Below are positions 12,632 through 25,863 of a DNA stretch of 64,000 bases, one piece after another (position 1 is the stretch's first letter; each line of letters opens with the position of its first letter). Source of the stretch: Adineta vaga (lineage: Eukaryota > Animalia > Rotifera). The notes beneath the pieces are model-generated. The model had not been told where the DNA came from. It saw only the letters and a list, made by a program, of their open reading frames with translations, and searched no databases. The position numbers and the translations under genes were made by a program. The DNA lies in NCBI GenBank assembly GCA_021613535.1, contig CP075494.1, positions 15,314,001 to 15,378,000 on the forward strand. Reading direction: 5' to 3'.

Positions 12632-14801
12632 CTACCACGTCAACCTATTTCCAAAAGTATTTCGGAGATAGCTTCTTTCTCGAGCACCGATTCCATTGAT
12701 CCCGAGATTTAGTGTGGTGAGTGTCTACAGAGGAGAGATAGTACGGATGTGTCAATTAGGACAAGAGCGAATGAGTATTACCGTGTCTATTCGCAAGGCA
12801 TCACCAATATGTTGTGCTCCTTGATGGCCGATTCCATTGCCCCGGAGATCTAGTGTGGTGAGTGTCTATAGACGAGAGAGAGTATGAATGTGTCAATTAG
12901 GACAAGAGCGAATGGGTATTACCGTGTTTATTCGCAAGGCATCACAAATATATTGTGCTCCTTGATCGCCGATTTGATTTCTCCGGAGATCTAGTGCGGT
13001 GAGTGTCTATAGACGAGAGAGAGCATGGATGTGTCAATCAGGACAAGAGCGAATGGGTATTACCGTGTTTATTCGCAAAGCATCACCAATATGTTGTGCT
13101 CCTTGATGGCCGATTTCATTGCCCCGAAGATCTAGTGTGGTGAGTGTCTATAGACGAGAGAGAGTATGAATGTGTCAATTAGGACAAGAGCGAATGAGTA
13201 TTACCGTGTTTATTCGCAAGGCATCACCAATATGTTGTGCTCCTTGATGGCCGATTTCATTGCCCCGAAGATCTAGTGTGGTGAGTGTCTATAGACGAGA
13301 GAGAGCATGGATGTGTCAATTAGGACAAGAGCGAATGAGTATTACCGTGTTTATTCGCAAGGCATCACCAATATGTTGTGCTCCTTGATCGCCGATTTGA
13401 TTTCTCCGGAGATCTAGTGCGGTGAGTGTCTATAGGCGAGAGAGAGCATGGATGTGTCAATCAGGACAAGAGCGAATGGGTATTACCGTGTTTATTCGCA
13501 AAGCATCACCAATATGTTGTGCTCCTTGATGGTCGATTTGATTGTACCCGAGATCTAGTGCGGTGAGTGTCTATAGACGAGAGAGAGTATGAGGGTGTCA
13601 ATTAGGACAAGAGCGAATGGGTATTACCGTGTTTATTCGCAAAGCATCACCAATATGTTGTGCTCCTTGATGGTCGATTTCATTGTACCCGAGATCTAGT
13701 GTGGTGAGTGTCTATAGAGGAGAGAGAGCATGGATGTGTCAATTAGGACAAGAGCGAATGAGTATTACCGTGTTTATTCGCAAAGCATCACCAATATGTT
13801 GTGCTCCTTGATGGCCGATTTCATTGTTCTCGAGATTAAGCGTGGTGAGTGTCTATAGAGGAGAGAGAGCATGGATGTGTCAATCAGGTCAAGAGCGAAT
13901 GAGTATTACTGTGTTTATTCGCAATGCATCACCAATGTGTTGTGCTCCTTGATCGCCGATTTCATTGCCCTCGAGATCTAGTGTGGTGAGTGTCTATGTA
14001 TAGAATATTCCTGTCGAGAATATGGATAAAACAATCGGAACTTTAGAGTAATGTTTTTCAAATAGATATAGCATTATACAAGAGGTGTGGCGGTAGTGTG
14101 TGAAAGTGTTCAATCCGGGTTCATGGAGTGAAAAGAGAAATCGGTGCTTGTCTGATTATTACTGAGTTAATGTTCGAATCGTCGGATGAGTAGAGTGAGT
14201 ACTGTACTGAAGGTAGTGATACTTGTTTATCTCGAATGGTTTTGGATTGTTATTTTTACATTTGGTTTGCGAAAGATCGTATTGAGTCGGGGTACAATAT
14301 AAAACAGTTCACTTTAATTTATTCGGTGGGTTTCAAAGATAGTTATTGAATGGTTTTAGAGTTGCAATAGAGACATTTGTTTGAAACGGGAAAGGTGTTT
14401 TAATGGTGCGGTTTCATTCTTGTGCGGCACTTGAGTGCACTTTTAATACGATATATATTCTATGAGCATAGATAGTAAAGAACAGGCGAGAGGAAGGGTT
14501 GTTTTAATAGCATGAGTCAATATTGTGTTTGGTTGACTCGTGGAAATTGCTTGGGAATTGTGAAATTTGTTTTTTCTTTGAGTAAACTGATTAAGTTAGA
14601 TATTGCGAGGCTCATGTGTGCTTGAACAGATTAGAAAATAGGTGAAGCACTTGGCAAACTTACTTGATATCGATGGTAAGTGTTCAGAATTTGATTAAAA
14701 CGTTGGCAAACATTTTGCATTGAACAAAATAGTGTAAAACCAGACAGATGATCCAAAATTCGATAGACGAGTTCAATTGGTAATGTTGAAAATGTGTACA
14801 T
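12632..14801 (-). CDS. F-box protein with NLRC3/RNase-inhibitor-type 28-aa LRRs (11 exons)
   Basis: Exon 1 (14801-14664) encodes the F-box MYTFSTLPIELVYRILDHLSGFTLFCSMQNVCQRFNQILNTYHRYQ. Nine 84-bp phase-0 exons (TLTTLDLxxNxIGxQGAQHIGDALRINT) start at 13993, 13852, 13711, 13570, 13429, 13288, 13147, 13006 and 12865. The terminal exon 12724-12632 reads TLTTLNLGINGIGARERSYLRNTFGNRLTW*. No stops or frameshifts. Confidence 0.9.
12686..13997. repeat. Tandem array with exact 141-bp period (84-bp LRR exon + 57-bp intron), ~9.3 units
   Basis: The marker GGTGAGTGTCTA recurs exactly every 141 bp, and the introns are near-identical between units. Confidence 0.97.
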
Positions 14802-16020
14802 ATTCGCTTTAAATTCCACAAAAGTTTGTTGAGAATACAAGCTATTGAATATATTTCGTTTGTTATGAAAAGAAATTCGCTTTATTGATAGTATTGTATT
14901 TTTGTTATTCGAAAAAGATAATGAAACCTGACGATTTCAACTAAAGCGAATAGTTAGTTAATGCAGAAAGATGGCGTTAATGTATGTGTTGAGATGGAGT
15001 TTTGTCTGCCGTGTATGATTATGAGTGTCAGTATACACTCAAGATACATATTTTTCATCAGTAATTTTTTGAGTTTTAGAAAAGAGTTCGTTTTAAGAAA
15101 GGATATTTTTGCATGTGATATTCAACAAAAGTTCAATCAGAAAAGGAAATCTTTGAGAGTCGATACCGATAGTCTCTACTTTTCACGCTCACGCTCCATA
15201 CCCTCATAAACCAATTTCATTCTATTAGTTCGACGTAAGGCAATTTTTATTTTAAATACATCTATCCTTAAAGATCTTAACAAGAAAATTAATTGAATTA
15301 AAGAAAATAAAGCCGGTTCATCTTATCCTGATGTGTGAGATAAATTTTTTGTATGAACAATTGGTGGTGTATCAAATATTTTCAAAAGCAAAAGAAAACA
15401 CATGAAAGTATAAACTAAGTTCGAGTCTGACTCTCACCGAGTTAACTGAGACTGTTTCATGTCTATGCCATCGTATCTCTAAGATGTTCTTATATGATTT
15501 GCTTATTCCCCTACGTTTTTCATTGATTCCAATAGTGTTCAAACTAGACATATTTTACTGTACTTTATTTTTCTCAAACCTGCTACGGGTTCGATTCTAC
15601 CTATGTGTTCATTTATTGAATTATCATCTCTAGAATGATCAATAGTTTCTATTTCAATATTACTAAACTTTTAATGATTTTATGAATAACTAACGACCGA
15701 CTGATTGTAATCTCATATTATATCTATCGAAAGCGCGTACTTAGCTCGTACTGAAGGGTAGAGCAATATTTTGATCTTGTGCAGCCTTTAAATTTTAAAC
15801 CTTGATCCTTCACATTGACCCCACCTATCATCCTGCCATTAATCTACTCTCGGTTTCCGATGTTTAAGACAGTCTTGAAGAAAATGGTTTTTTGACCTTT
15901 GACACTGACACAAAAGCGCACAGAAACTTTTTTTTCCATATGACGCTCCTTTCTGTGGAAGGAATAAGGTGTGGGTGTAAGTGTTCCTTGACAGAGTACG
16001 CACATACATACATCCAAAAA

Positions 16021-16210
16021 AGGGGAAAAGGCCGATCCTGGATCCTCATAGTTCCTGCGATCACACAGTTCATGATGACCAATGATAATCCATGAGTATC
16101 TTTCAGGATTCACGAGAGTCAGCCTTTTTTAGATGTCAGGATTTATGGGGAGCCATGAGGGTCCGAAAGTTTTATAGGATTTGGGTATCCAGGATCCGCT
16201 TTTCCCCCCT
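16021..16210. mobile_element. Small degenerate MITE
   Basis: AGGGGAAAAGGCCGATCCTGGAT at the left is an imperfect inverted repeat of ATCCAGGATCCGCTTTTCCCCCCT at the right. The element is GC-richer than its surroundings. Confidence 0.5.
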
Positions 16211-17285
16211 TGCAGACCCACACCCTCAACTTCTGCTGAAAAAACATTTGTTCAATTAACCCAGTAGCTTTATTAAATAATTCACAGTCAAAATTTTTTC
16301 TTTTATGCTTAATAACAGGTTATTTTCAGTCTCGCAATAATTATAATAATTGATTAGAATTATGAAAAGCTAACATCAGATTTGAAATCCTCGACTTCGA
16401 TTACTTTTGGGTAAATCCTATAAAGATGATTATTAGTAAATTTTCATGAATTTTTATATTGCTGCAATCTGACTGGATTAGACAAATAAGAAATAACAAT
16501 TAATTAATTATGGTTCATAGAAAAGTATTTTTGGGAAAGGAACCCAAGATTCGTATTCCTCGATCTCGATTACATACGACGAATCGTTGTTCGATGACCA
16601 GGGGTAAGTTTTCATCGATTTATACGCTGCTTTCACCTGATTGGCTTGGACAAACTCACAAACGCACAAACTTTAAGCATTTTAACGACCCTATTTACCG
16701 TGCCTGTAACCCTTTCTTTCAGAAAAGGGAAAAACAACAGAAATCATAAGAGATAAAAAATTTTTTCGATTAGTTGAAAAGCAAATAGGTGACAAATTTA
16801 CATAGTTTGTCAATTTTGAAATATTGTTGAGCGCTAGGAAAAAATCGTTTTCAGCATTCTTAACTATATGATTCAGTTATTCAAATATTGATTAATGTTA
16901 ACTCTTCATCCTAATGCTATTCAAAAAATTTATTCAATTTGGTATTTTAAAGAGAAAACTTGAGAATAATTTGGAACATATACTTAGCTAGAAAAAACCA
17001 AAATCAGTAATGAAATCATTTGTTCTTCTACTTCCTGTTGGAGATAAAGATGTTTTTCTCACGAAGTTCGTCTTTTATGAATACTCCGAGAAGAAACTTG
17101 TTTTCATGCTCCAACTCAACGATATTTAATAAACCACTTGACAACAATCTTGATTTTGTATCATCGAAAAGTATCAAACGAAAATGATCATTCAATTCAT
17201 TTTCGAGAACAAGAAGAACACAATAAAGATTATATTAACAACCAAACAAGAACAGAAAATCTGATTGAATTAATATAAAAAAAAT

Positions 17286-18519
17286 TCATTGATTGCTTTT
17301 TATCAATGGTGTTCCATCAACTTCATTTTTATCATCTTCGTTCGTTGCTTTTCGTTTGTTGTGGTGTTTTATTTGAACTTCATCTGTAGTTGAATTATTC
17401 TTTAAAATATCGACCGAATTCAATGCATTGAGAGGTAAATTTGCAATATCCGAGATGATTCCATATGTCATATTAGGCATAGCAATTGAATAGAGAGTAT
17501 AGTTAGTGTAAGTCAAAAGAAGATAAAAACAAAGATGAAAAAGAAAATTCCTATAACTTACTTAATGCCAATGTATCTGATTTGGTAAATCTAGTTTCAT
17601 TCAAATCTGGAATGGGAAGCATATCTTCCTCGTAGAGCAAATTACCGTCGTGCACAGCTTCTGATAAAGTTTGATATAGATTAAAAAACGATTTCTATGG
17701 ATGAAAAGAAAGATATTGTTAATAATTCAATGAAACAGCTTGCATGAGAAAGAGATCGGTCTTCAAATGCTTGTTATTTTTACTCACTTCTATTTGTTCA
17801 CGTTGATCAAACATTGAACCAAATTTTGGATGAACAAATGTTGTTACAATATCAACATCTTTTTGTTCTGCCAGAGTGAGTGTATTTCACAAAGTTTTCG
17901 TCTTGGCTTTCGTATAATTAGATTAATTGTATTTCGATGTCTATCTTAAAAGAAGATAACCTTTTAATCACAAAAAGAAAAAGAATTATCACTCACTGAA
18001 TAATTGTTCTCTTGACGAAATGTATTCATTACTTTTTCAGTTTTTATGTACACTGAATGTAAATTCTCACGAAGAATTACTTCAATAACTGTTCGAGCAA
18101 TAACGTGGCAAGACGCTTTTAACGAGGCATTTAAACATTCAATGACCGTTCGAGCAGATTCTTTGGTTAAATTAAGCTCTTGTACTAACTTAAATTGTTC
18201 GTCTGCCCTTTTGATCAAGTCATTGCTTTTCGTGCTTAAAGTTTCTTGAAAGAATTGTAATTTGTTATCAAAAGATGGACACATATTAAATGCCTCGTCT
18301 TCTAGTTTTTTAACAATAGAAGCTTTATCAACTACCAAGGAATGTGAATAAAAAATGGCGTTGATTTTGTGTCGAAAATCCGCGAATCTTTGCATTCTCT
18401 CTTTTGAATTTGGATGTAGAAGTGAAAAATTTTAATAGATTAGATTTAATAATCTGAAAGAAAATCGATTCTTTTTCCTTTATGACTTTGCTTGTCTTGA
18501 TCCACCAATCAAATAACAT
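17286..18519 (-). pseudogene. Disrupted multi-exon gene of unknown function, 5' end abutting a CCCAGG-type repeat
   Basis: A 143-aa ORF is followed by exon-like segments with GT-AG borders (KSFFNLYQTLSEAVHDGNLLYEEDMLPIP...). The frames cannot be joined without frameshifts. Confidence 0.4.
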
Positions 18520-18520
18520 A

Positions 18521-18700
18521 CCCAGGCGGAACGATGCGGTCCGTATACGGCCTTTACGATATAAAAACGGATACTATACTGGCCGTAACACTGACCGTAT
18601 TATTGGGTGTAGTAATACGATCCGTTCTGTATCCGCACATAGCCAAAAAGTCACCTTTTTGTAACGGTTTATATTCTGAAAGCGCATTGTAAACGAATAA
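18521..18700. mobile_element. Remnant of a CCCAGG-terminated repeat with CCGTA/TACGG sub-repeats
   Basis: Begins TA|CCCAGGCGGAACGATGCGGTCCGTATACGG, sharing the CCCAGG terminus of the 7195 element. No right TIR found. Confidence 0.45.
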
Positions 18701-20982
18701 GAAAATACACTATGTGGCGCCAAATGAATCCAAACTTTTTCCATCAACGTATATTACTAACGTAATAAAGAGAATACTAAACATAAAGTTTCTGCTGCAT
18801 TTACGTAATCAATTCGTTCAACGTTTCTTTAAGCTACTTTTGCATTATAAAAACAACTAATCTTGTTCAAAATAATTTACAACTCTATGGAGAAGTGCAA
18901 TTCTCACCTTTGTTATTTCTCAAAGATTCTCTCCTGAATGATAATCTTCTCAGTTTTTTGTCAAAACAAATATGTACCATTTGATATGCAAATGTATTCT
19001 TTACTTTGTTACTCAAATAAGATCAATATGAACTATTTCCATTTATCAATATCATAAATGATTGATTAAAATGTAAAAAGAAAAATCACTAAAACTGTCA
19101 TATTCAAACAGTGGAATGTACAAAATGAACAAATATGTGAATATTGCAAAAAAAAGCACTTATTGTCACTGTTTACTTATACTAATTAAAACATAGAAAA
19201 AAGACAAGTTTTGAATGTTTTTTCTTGTTATATTTCTTATTTGTTATATAATACTATCAGAGAGAATATAAACAAAATAAATGAATAAATAAATATTTAT
19301 TTTATTGTTAAAGTTAATGTTTTGATTTTAATAACATCATTTTCTGCATTTCACTTATCCGACTCAATCGACAGAGCAGATCAATTCTTTTTCTTTCTTC
19401 AAGTTGATATACCAAAAATAAAACGAGAAAAAAAAACAATTTTTGATTTTCCAATATGTTTTTTCGTTTCTGTCTTATGTTATTGGTACTATAGAAGCAT
19501 CATCACATGAGCGTGAAAATATACGAGGAATAAGAGGAAGAGAGAAAGTGAACAGTAAACATACATATAGTAAATATTGGTCGTCGTCGTCGTCTTCTTT
19601 TTCTTGTCCCATTATCTCTCTATTCATTCAGTTATTTATTTATTTTTAGATACTGAAACTGTTCAATTAATATGAAAGATAATAGTATGAAAAAACTTCT
19701 TGATTATACATAAGAATCTCTTAATGAAATATCTGTCAAATTGAACGAAATAGGCAAGAATAAAAAGAAATATACCACATATTTTTATTGTTTTTTAGTC
19801 AGTAATAAACATACGATGTTTTTATGTGTAACAAAAATGCAAATGTCCAAATTGAGATATTTATCATGAAAATCGTTGAAAAACTGTTAAAGTTGCATAT
19901 CAACTTGGAAAATATTTATTGATTGATTTTATCCTTGATCAGCAACAACAAAATCATCAACAATTAACAAACGCGATTTTCAATTAGCAATTTTTTCATC
20001 ACACCGTAAATTATTTGAATTATTTCCTCTATTATTTATTCATTTATATATGCATGAAACAATTTTAAAAAAATTTTGTTATTCTTTCAAAACCACAAAG
20101 CTTTATCAACTAAACGTCTTGTGTATTCTATATTATTAAAAGTTGCAACACATAAATCTGATGAAATTAAACCATTTCCCAACTATGTTGTTAATTTTTT
20201 AGTTATACATGCATCTTGTTTTAATCGAGTACATATACAATAAGAAACATAAAAAATCTGTTGTTCATATTTCTCTTCAATGAGAAATCCGAAGCAACAC
20301 AAAGAAGACAAATGAGACGATAACAAAGTTGCAATCACAACGCGATTCAAAATCCTTCACGTATCCTTTCTTTTACAGACAATTCTCGAGAGGAAAAATG
20401 TATAGAACTGAGGCTTATGTCATTGAAGAATGTAGATGAAGATGCATCGATTTCTATACTACAGGTTCTTCGAAGATGCTCTCATTCGAAAATATAATAC
20501 CAAATGAATGAAAATTAAAACATATACACAGAATGGAGAAGGAAGATTATTTATTCTATAATACAAAATAAAATCTAATACGGTTCCAATGCAGCTGCAG
20601 TTCTGTTATGTTAGTTATATATCATCATTGTTTCAAAGTTCTATGATTACCAACAATATTGATGTAGTAGTATTTAAAAAAAACATTCTTGTACGACTAG
20701 TTTCATGTAATTGTGACAGTAAGATAGAACGCTGTTGATTACAGTAAAAAGTCACCTAGTTGACCGAAAATGGAATTTACGATTCTTTTTGTGTTGTCAT
20801 TATTATACTGCTACGAAGGGTTGATAACCTTGATTTAGATGAGTTATGAAAGAAAAGAATAGATTTATCTTTCTATTCAAGATAACCTGTCACAAATATT
20901 ATCTTTGCAATGAAAACTGAGCAAAAATGGGGTGATTTTTAGACCACATTTGAACTTTTCAGTTTCAGTGCGAACTAAAATA

Positions 20983-23203
20983 ATGAAATCAGTTTATGTA
21001 CTCCTTTGTTATAGTAAGAAAGAAGTTAGGTGATTTATAAGAATATAATTTCGAAGAACAAATTTTTCTATAGGTTTACTTTGTCTATATTGTACTCAAT
21101 GTAAAATTCTATATCAGTGTAATTTCGACAACTCAACTCTCGAGGATCACTGCTTTACTACACCAGTATTGGTTCTCAATGGATTTGCACTCGTCTCAGA
21201 ACAACCTCCGGATAGTCCGTGGTCTGATGTTACATCGAGTCGTAAGTTCATTCATTCAAGATTATTGCATCTATATGATCATAACTGTTTCATTCAGTAA
21301 AAGCAACTGGAAATGGAGAAGTGTGTAAACTACCTTACAAAATAGACAAGCATACATGGGATTTGTATTTCTGCTACAAAAATGTTTGTCCGACAAATTC
21401 CAGTTCAAACAGTACATGTGCATCAGGTTTGTCCAGAGAGATCACAACTGATTTATCTTGTTATTGAATATATCTTTCTTCTTTTTGCTAGGTCAATTTG
21501 CTGGGATACAATTGTCTGGTGATACCGTGCAATCATTTCAATTAAAAACTGAGTCAGGTGGAATTGATGGTATCAATAAGCAGTATTTGACTTATTATTA
21601 TTACATGGCTTATATGATTGGAAAACGAATTCAAGTGCGCAAAGTAGAAGTTGATGGTACAAGTTCTGTGGTTGATGTTGTGACAAGTAGTTCATTTAAT
21701 GGATGGATTAAGCGCGAAGTGAATTTTAATGCAGCGAACCGCGGCTATAAAGTAAGAGCAATTATGTTCTTTTTCTAATTGAGATTATGATTTTTTTCAG
21801 TTGTATTTTGATTTGCAAAAATTATCAGCTAATACATCATTTAATGATATTGGATTAGATGAAATTTCAATTTCACAGGGTAGATATTTCATAGAATAAA
21901 TGATTATTGTCTAACGAATGATATTTATTTAGAAGATGAAATAACAACCGCGCGTCCTACAACGACAACAACAACAACAACAGAACTTACTACAACAACA
22001 GAGCGTCCCACAACAACAACAACAACAACAACAACAACAGAACTTACTACAACAACAGAGCGTCCCACAACAACAACAACAACAACAACAGAACTTACCA
22101 CAACAACAGAGCGTCCCACAACAACAACAACAACAACTGAGCGTCTTACAACGACAACAGCAACAGAACGTTCCACGACAACACAACATCTTACAACAAC
22201 GATAACATCAGCAATAATTGATGCTACCACAATGTTCGTATTACCATTACAACTTTATCTTTTTGAAAATTGCTTCTTATTCTATTGTAGTGCATCTACA
22301 ACTGTTGAAGATTCAACAATTAGGTAAGCTTTGCTCAATTGAGTATCTACTTTCTATTTCTTAAATAGGTCTACGATTACTGCAGAACAATCAACTACGG
22401 TCACCAGTACAGTTCAAACAACAACAACGGTAATATACTACACATAATCGTACAGAATACAGCATAGAGTTACTTTTCTGAATATCCCCATTTATTATAG
22501 ACATTCATACTGACAACTATTTCTGATATCAAAACTTCCATGTAATTTGATTGTCCGAAAGTATTAAAGTTCATCCAAAAAGATTTTATAATTTTATAGT
22601 TCACCTACTTGGTCTTCCATCGTTATAACAACACCAAGTACTCAATTAACTACAGTAAGAACAATATTTCTTCTAATTCTACAAACAATGTCTAATTTAG
22701 ATCACATCATCTACCACAACAACTTCTTCAGCATCAATAAAATCTACTACCAACGAAGTGAGTACAGTCAAGAACTATCACTTATGCAATATCTATTTTC
22801 TTTCTCTTCATAGGTGGAAACGATACATCCATTCACCAGTTCGACTACGACAACTAATGGATCAAATGCAACACGTTCCACAATCATAACTAGTTTTACA
22901 AACATAATAGATACATCCAGCACAACACATTCGACTACGACTTCTTCTAATAAAATCCCAACATTGAGCACTATAACATCAATAAATGTCACGATATTAG
23001 ACGACAAAAATGGAGTTAAACCATCTTCGAAAACTTACATTATTATCCTTTCCATTGTACTTCCCATTGTTTTAGTTATATCGATTGGTATCATCATCAA
23101 AATCAATCTATCATCACCATCATGTATTTCTTCTTCCAAGAGACGTCGTTTATACAAGGATAATTTAGAACTTGAACTAATAAAAGATGATCATTGGTTT
23201 TAA
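20983..23203 (+). CDS. Type I membrane protein: signal peptide, MAM-like domain, Thr/Ser mucin stalk, TM helix (cluster gene 1)
   Basis: Spliced MKSVYVLLCYSLLCLYCTQCKILYQCNFD.., YLTYYYYM, NGWIKREV and IGLDEISI follow a MAM-like pattern. Then TTERPTTTTTTTTELTT repeats, TM YIIILSIVLPIVLVISIGIII and tail ending DDHWF*. Confidence 0.75.
21940..22205 (+). repeat. Coding (ACA)n minisatellite encoding the Thr-rich mucin stalk
   Basis: Repeated units GAGCGTCCC(ACA)nGAACTTACT with variable ACA counts. Confidence 0.9.
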
Positions 23204-23381
23204 CATTTCTTCTCTGAAATACAATGAGATTATTTTTGTTATATTATTTTTATAATTAAAAGATATTTTTATGCATGAAGAATCGATAACAATATTAGAG
23301 AGATAAACAGATCGCAGTTATCACGTGGTTAATGAAATACATTGTAAACATTCACGTGTGTTTGAAAGTAATATAGAAAGA

Positions 23382-24294
23382 ATGAAACAACATCAGCTGG
23401 AACAACCACAACTCGAAAGCCTTCATTGAGAATTAGGTTGCATTTTAAAGAATATCTTTTTTTGTAATACCTGTTGATTATGTAGTACGACCTCAACATC
23501 AGTTACTACTACAACTGTGACATGAACAATAGTAACAGTTTGGATGCAAAGCATTTTATTCATTTATAAGATCTTCATTTTTAGACGTCCTTAATGCGGA
23601 CATTACCGATTGTTGAAACTACAATTAGGTTAGATATGATTTAATCATCATACGAAATTATATCTTGCTTTATCTATACATGTAGTACCATATTTAGCTC
23701 TATAACTGAGTCCATTACTATTACTTCATCAACACTGGTAGTGCATTTTCCTCATTGAAAGCTAATAAATCTAGCGGAGTCTGACTATATTTTATTTATC
23801 ACTAGTTTGGATCGACAATAACGACCATAGGCATGACTATAACTTCACCAATGTCTACCCAGATCAGCAGTAGAATGTCAACTATGACGGCTAATAATGA
23901 TACTCAAGCTTCAACTGTTATAACCTCATCTGCATCCTCAACGTGCTATATCATTACGACAACGTCAATACTATTGTTGACATTGACAATTTCGCCATCC
24001 AGTGATGTTTCAACAACTGAACAAAAGACAAGTACGTATTTTGTTATATCCACTACTGTGCAATCAATTAATATAACTTTTGGTCAAGACGATGATAAAA
24101 ATCTCATACTTGCTTTGACTATTTCAGTACCATTTGTATGTGTTGTTGTAGCCGTGAGTGTTTCTATTTCGATAAAAACATCCCTGTCGATAGAAACTGG
24201 TCTTCTTAGTATTGCAACTCCACCATTCACTAATATAGATAAATACGTACATTTTCTACACCTACTCCTGCTAGTCTTATCATATGATCGATGA
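23382..24294 (+). pseudogene. MAM-mucin paralog of gene 4 with the MAM domain deleted (cluster gene 2)
   Basis: ATGAAACAACATC and its upstream region match gene 4 (27867), but the sequence jumps straight to stalk exons. An in-frame TGA lies near 23523. The TM LILALTISVP..PPFTN is paralogous to LVLALAISIP..RPFTN. Confidence 0.7.
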
Positions 24295-25863
24295 AATAAT
24301 TGATGAGCTGATTTAAAAAAAGTTATACTAGCCGATAATTAATCACTGTAGAAACTCGTTTGCTCTTGAAGAATCTGGACTGATCTACATATTAAAACCG
24401 TACAATTGAGATCATGAGATGAGAACCGAAACAGATGTCATAAATGACTGACTGAAAAAAAAACCAGACTGAATCGCACAAGTAAATGTATAAACGAGTC
24501 AATTGTTTCCGTAATGACAGATACAATCCTCCAAGCAAGTTTTTTACTTCATTTGATATAGTTACTTTGCAGTTTATGGCAAATAAAGAATTAAAATTCA
24601 TTCGAGTGATCATTAGTCTTTTTCGAGACTAACAAGATATCTAAATTATGCTAACAATAACAACTAGCGGTTGCCTATTTAGCTTTATTCTTTTTGTACT
24701 GTTGTGAACTAATCTCTTCAACAATAAATCATTCATCATCTCAAAGCTCTTTGTTTCTAAAACACAATAGATTCTACTCGACATATTCATGTCTATTAAC
24801 TATTCATATCCTTCAAATTTGTCATCGAATTAATCTATTGGAAAATATTTATTTGTTTTAGAAGAAATATAAGAAAATAAATGAACGTAACACACGTAGA
24901 CACAAGAGAAGAAAGAACATAATTTAAAAATAATTTCAGATGATCGACATTTTGTCAATTATTGCATCCTTTCATATTTGTCCATCAATCATCAATAATG
25001 AGCGTATCTCTTGCAAAAGATCTATCTTTTCTTTAGATAAATTGCAATAATTTTGAAATTGAAACGGAGACAAATTGTGCACCTGTCCACCGACTTGACC
25101 AAGTAATGATTCGATTTCGAACGTAATCATGATTATTCGTAAAGCCAAATCACCTTTCTAAAAAAAAGAACATACTTTATTGAATGTTATACTACGAAGA
25201 ACATTAATAGAAGTCGGAAGAAAAAAACGATACCCTATCCGAAATGGCCATTTCAGTCCGTATGTGATAATTGATAACGAACAAATTAGAAGACGAAGAA
25301 TGAATATAAAAATTCTGATGAATGAGCATTTCTGCTTCTTCTTATATATACTGTCGTTTCATTGTACAAGCCGTCTATTATCAGAAGAGATGAGTGAATA
25401 TGTATGCATTTTGAACAAAGAAAAAGATAGCAGAGGTCAGCAAGATAGAAGTGACTATTCAAAGAAATCTTTTTTTCAAGCATTTTGTCGAGTTGCATAA
25501 AATATCAACAATGATTGCTGAAAATCACTACAAATTTAATGTGATTGTTCGTTAAAAAAAGATCTGACTGTTCTCGAAACAAAATCTTTTGTATACAGAT
25601 CTGTTGAATCATACAAATTGAAATCGTCTGTTTAACAGAGGTTGTTCGGCTAGATAAGTCTTACCATAAAGAAATTGTTCAATGCATAAACAATCTATTC
25701 TATTCTCCCTGAAAATCGAATCTACTTAGTTTATCAGTCACTATCAGTGGAAGGCGGATTATTACTTACAATTTGTCTTTTCGTACTAGGGTGCATGTCT
25801 CGATAATCTGCAAGGTTTGCATACGCATTGTTATAAGCTGCCATTTTCCGTGTATGGTTCAAC

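Noticed and set aside
12686-13997. CRISPR array or non-coding satellite
   Set aside because: There are no unique spacers. Each unit is an in-frame LRR exon plus a GT-AG intron on the minus strand.
21925-22230. Cys-rich metallothionein-like and poly-Val ORFs on the minus strand
   Set aside because: They are antisense shadows of the (ACA)n Thr-coding repeat.
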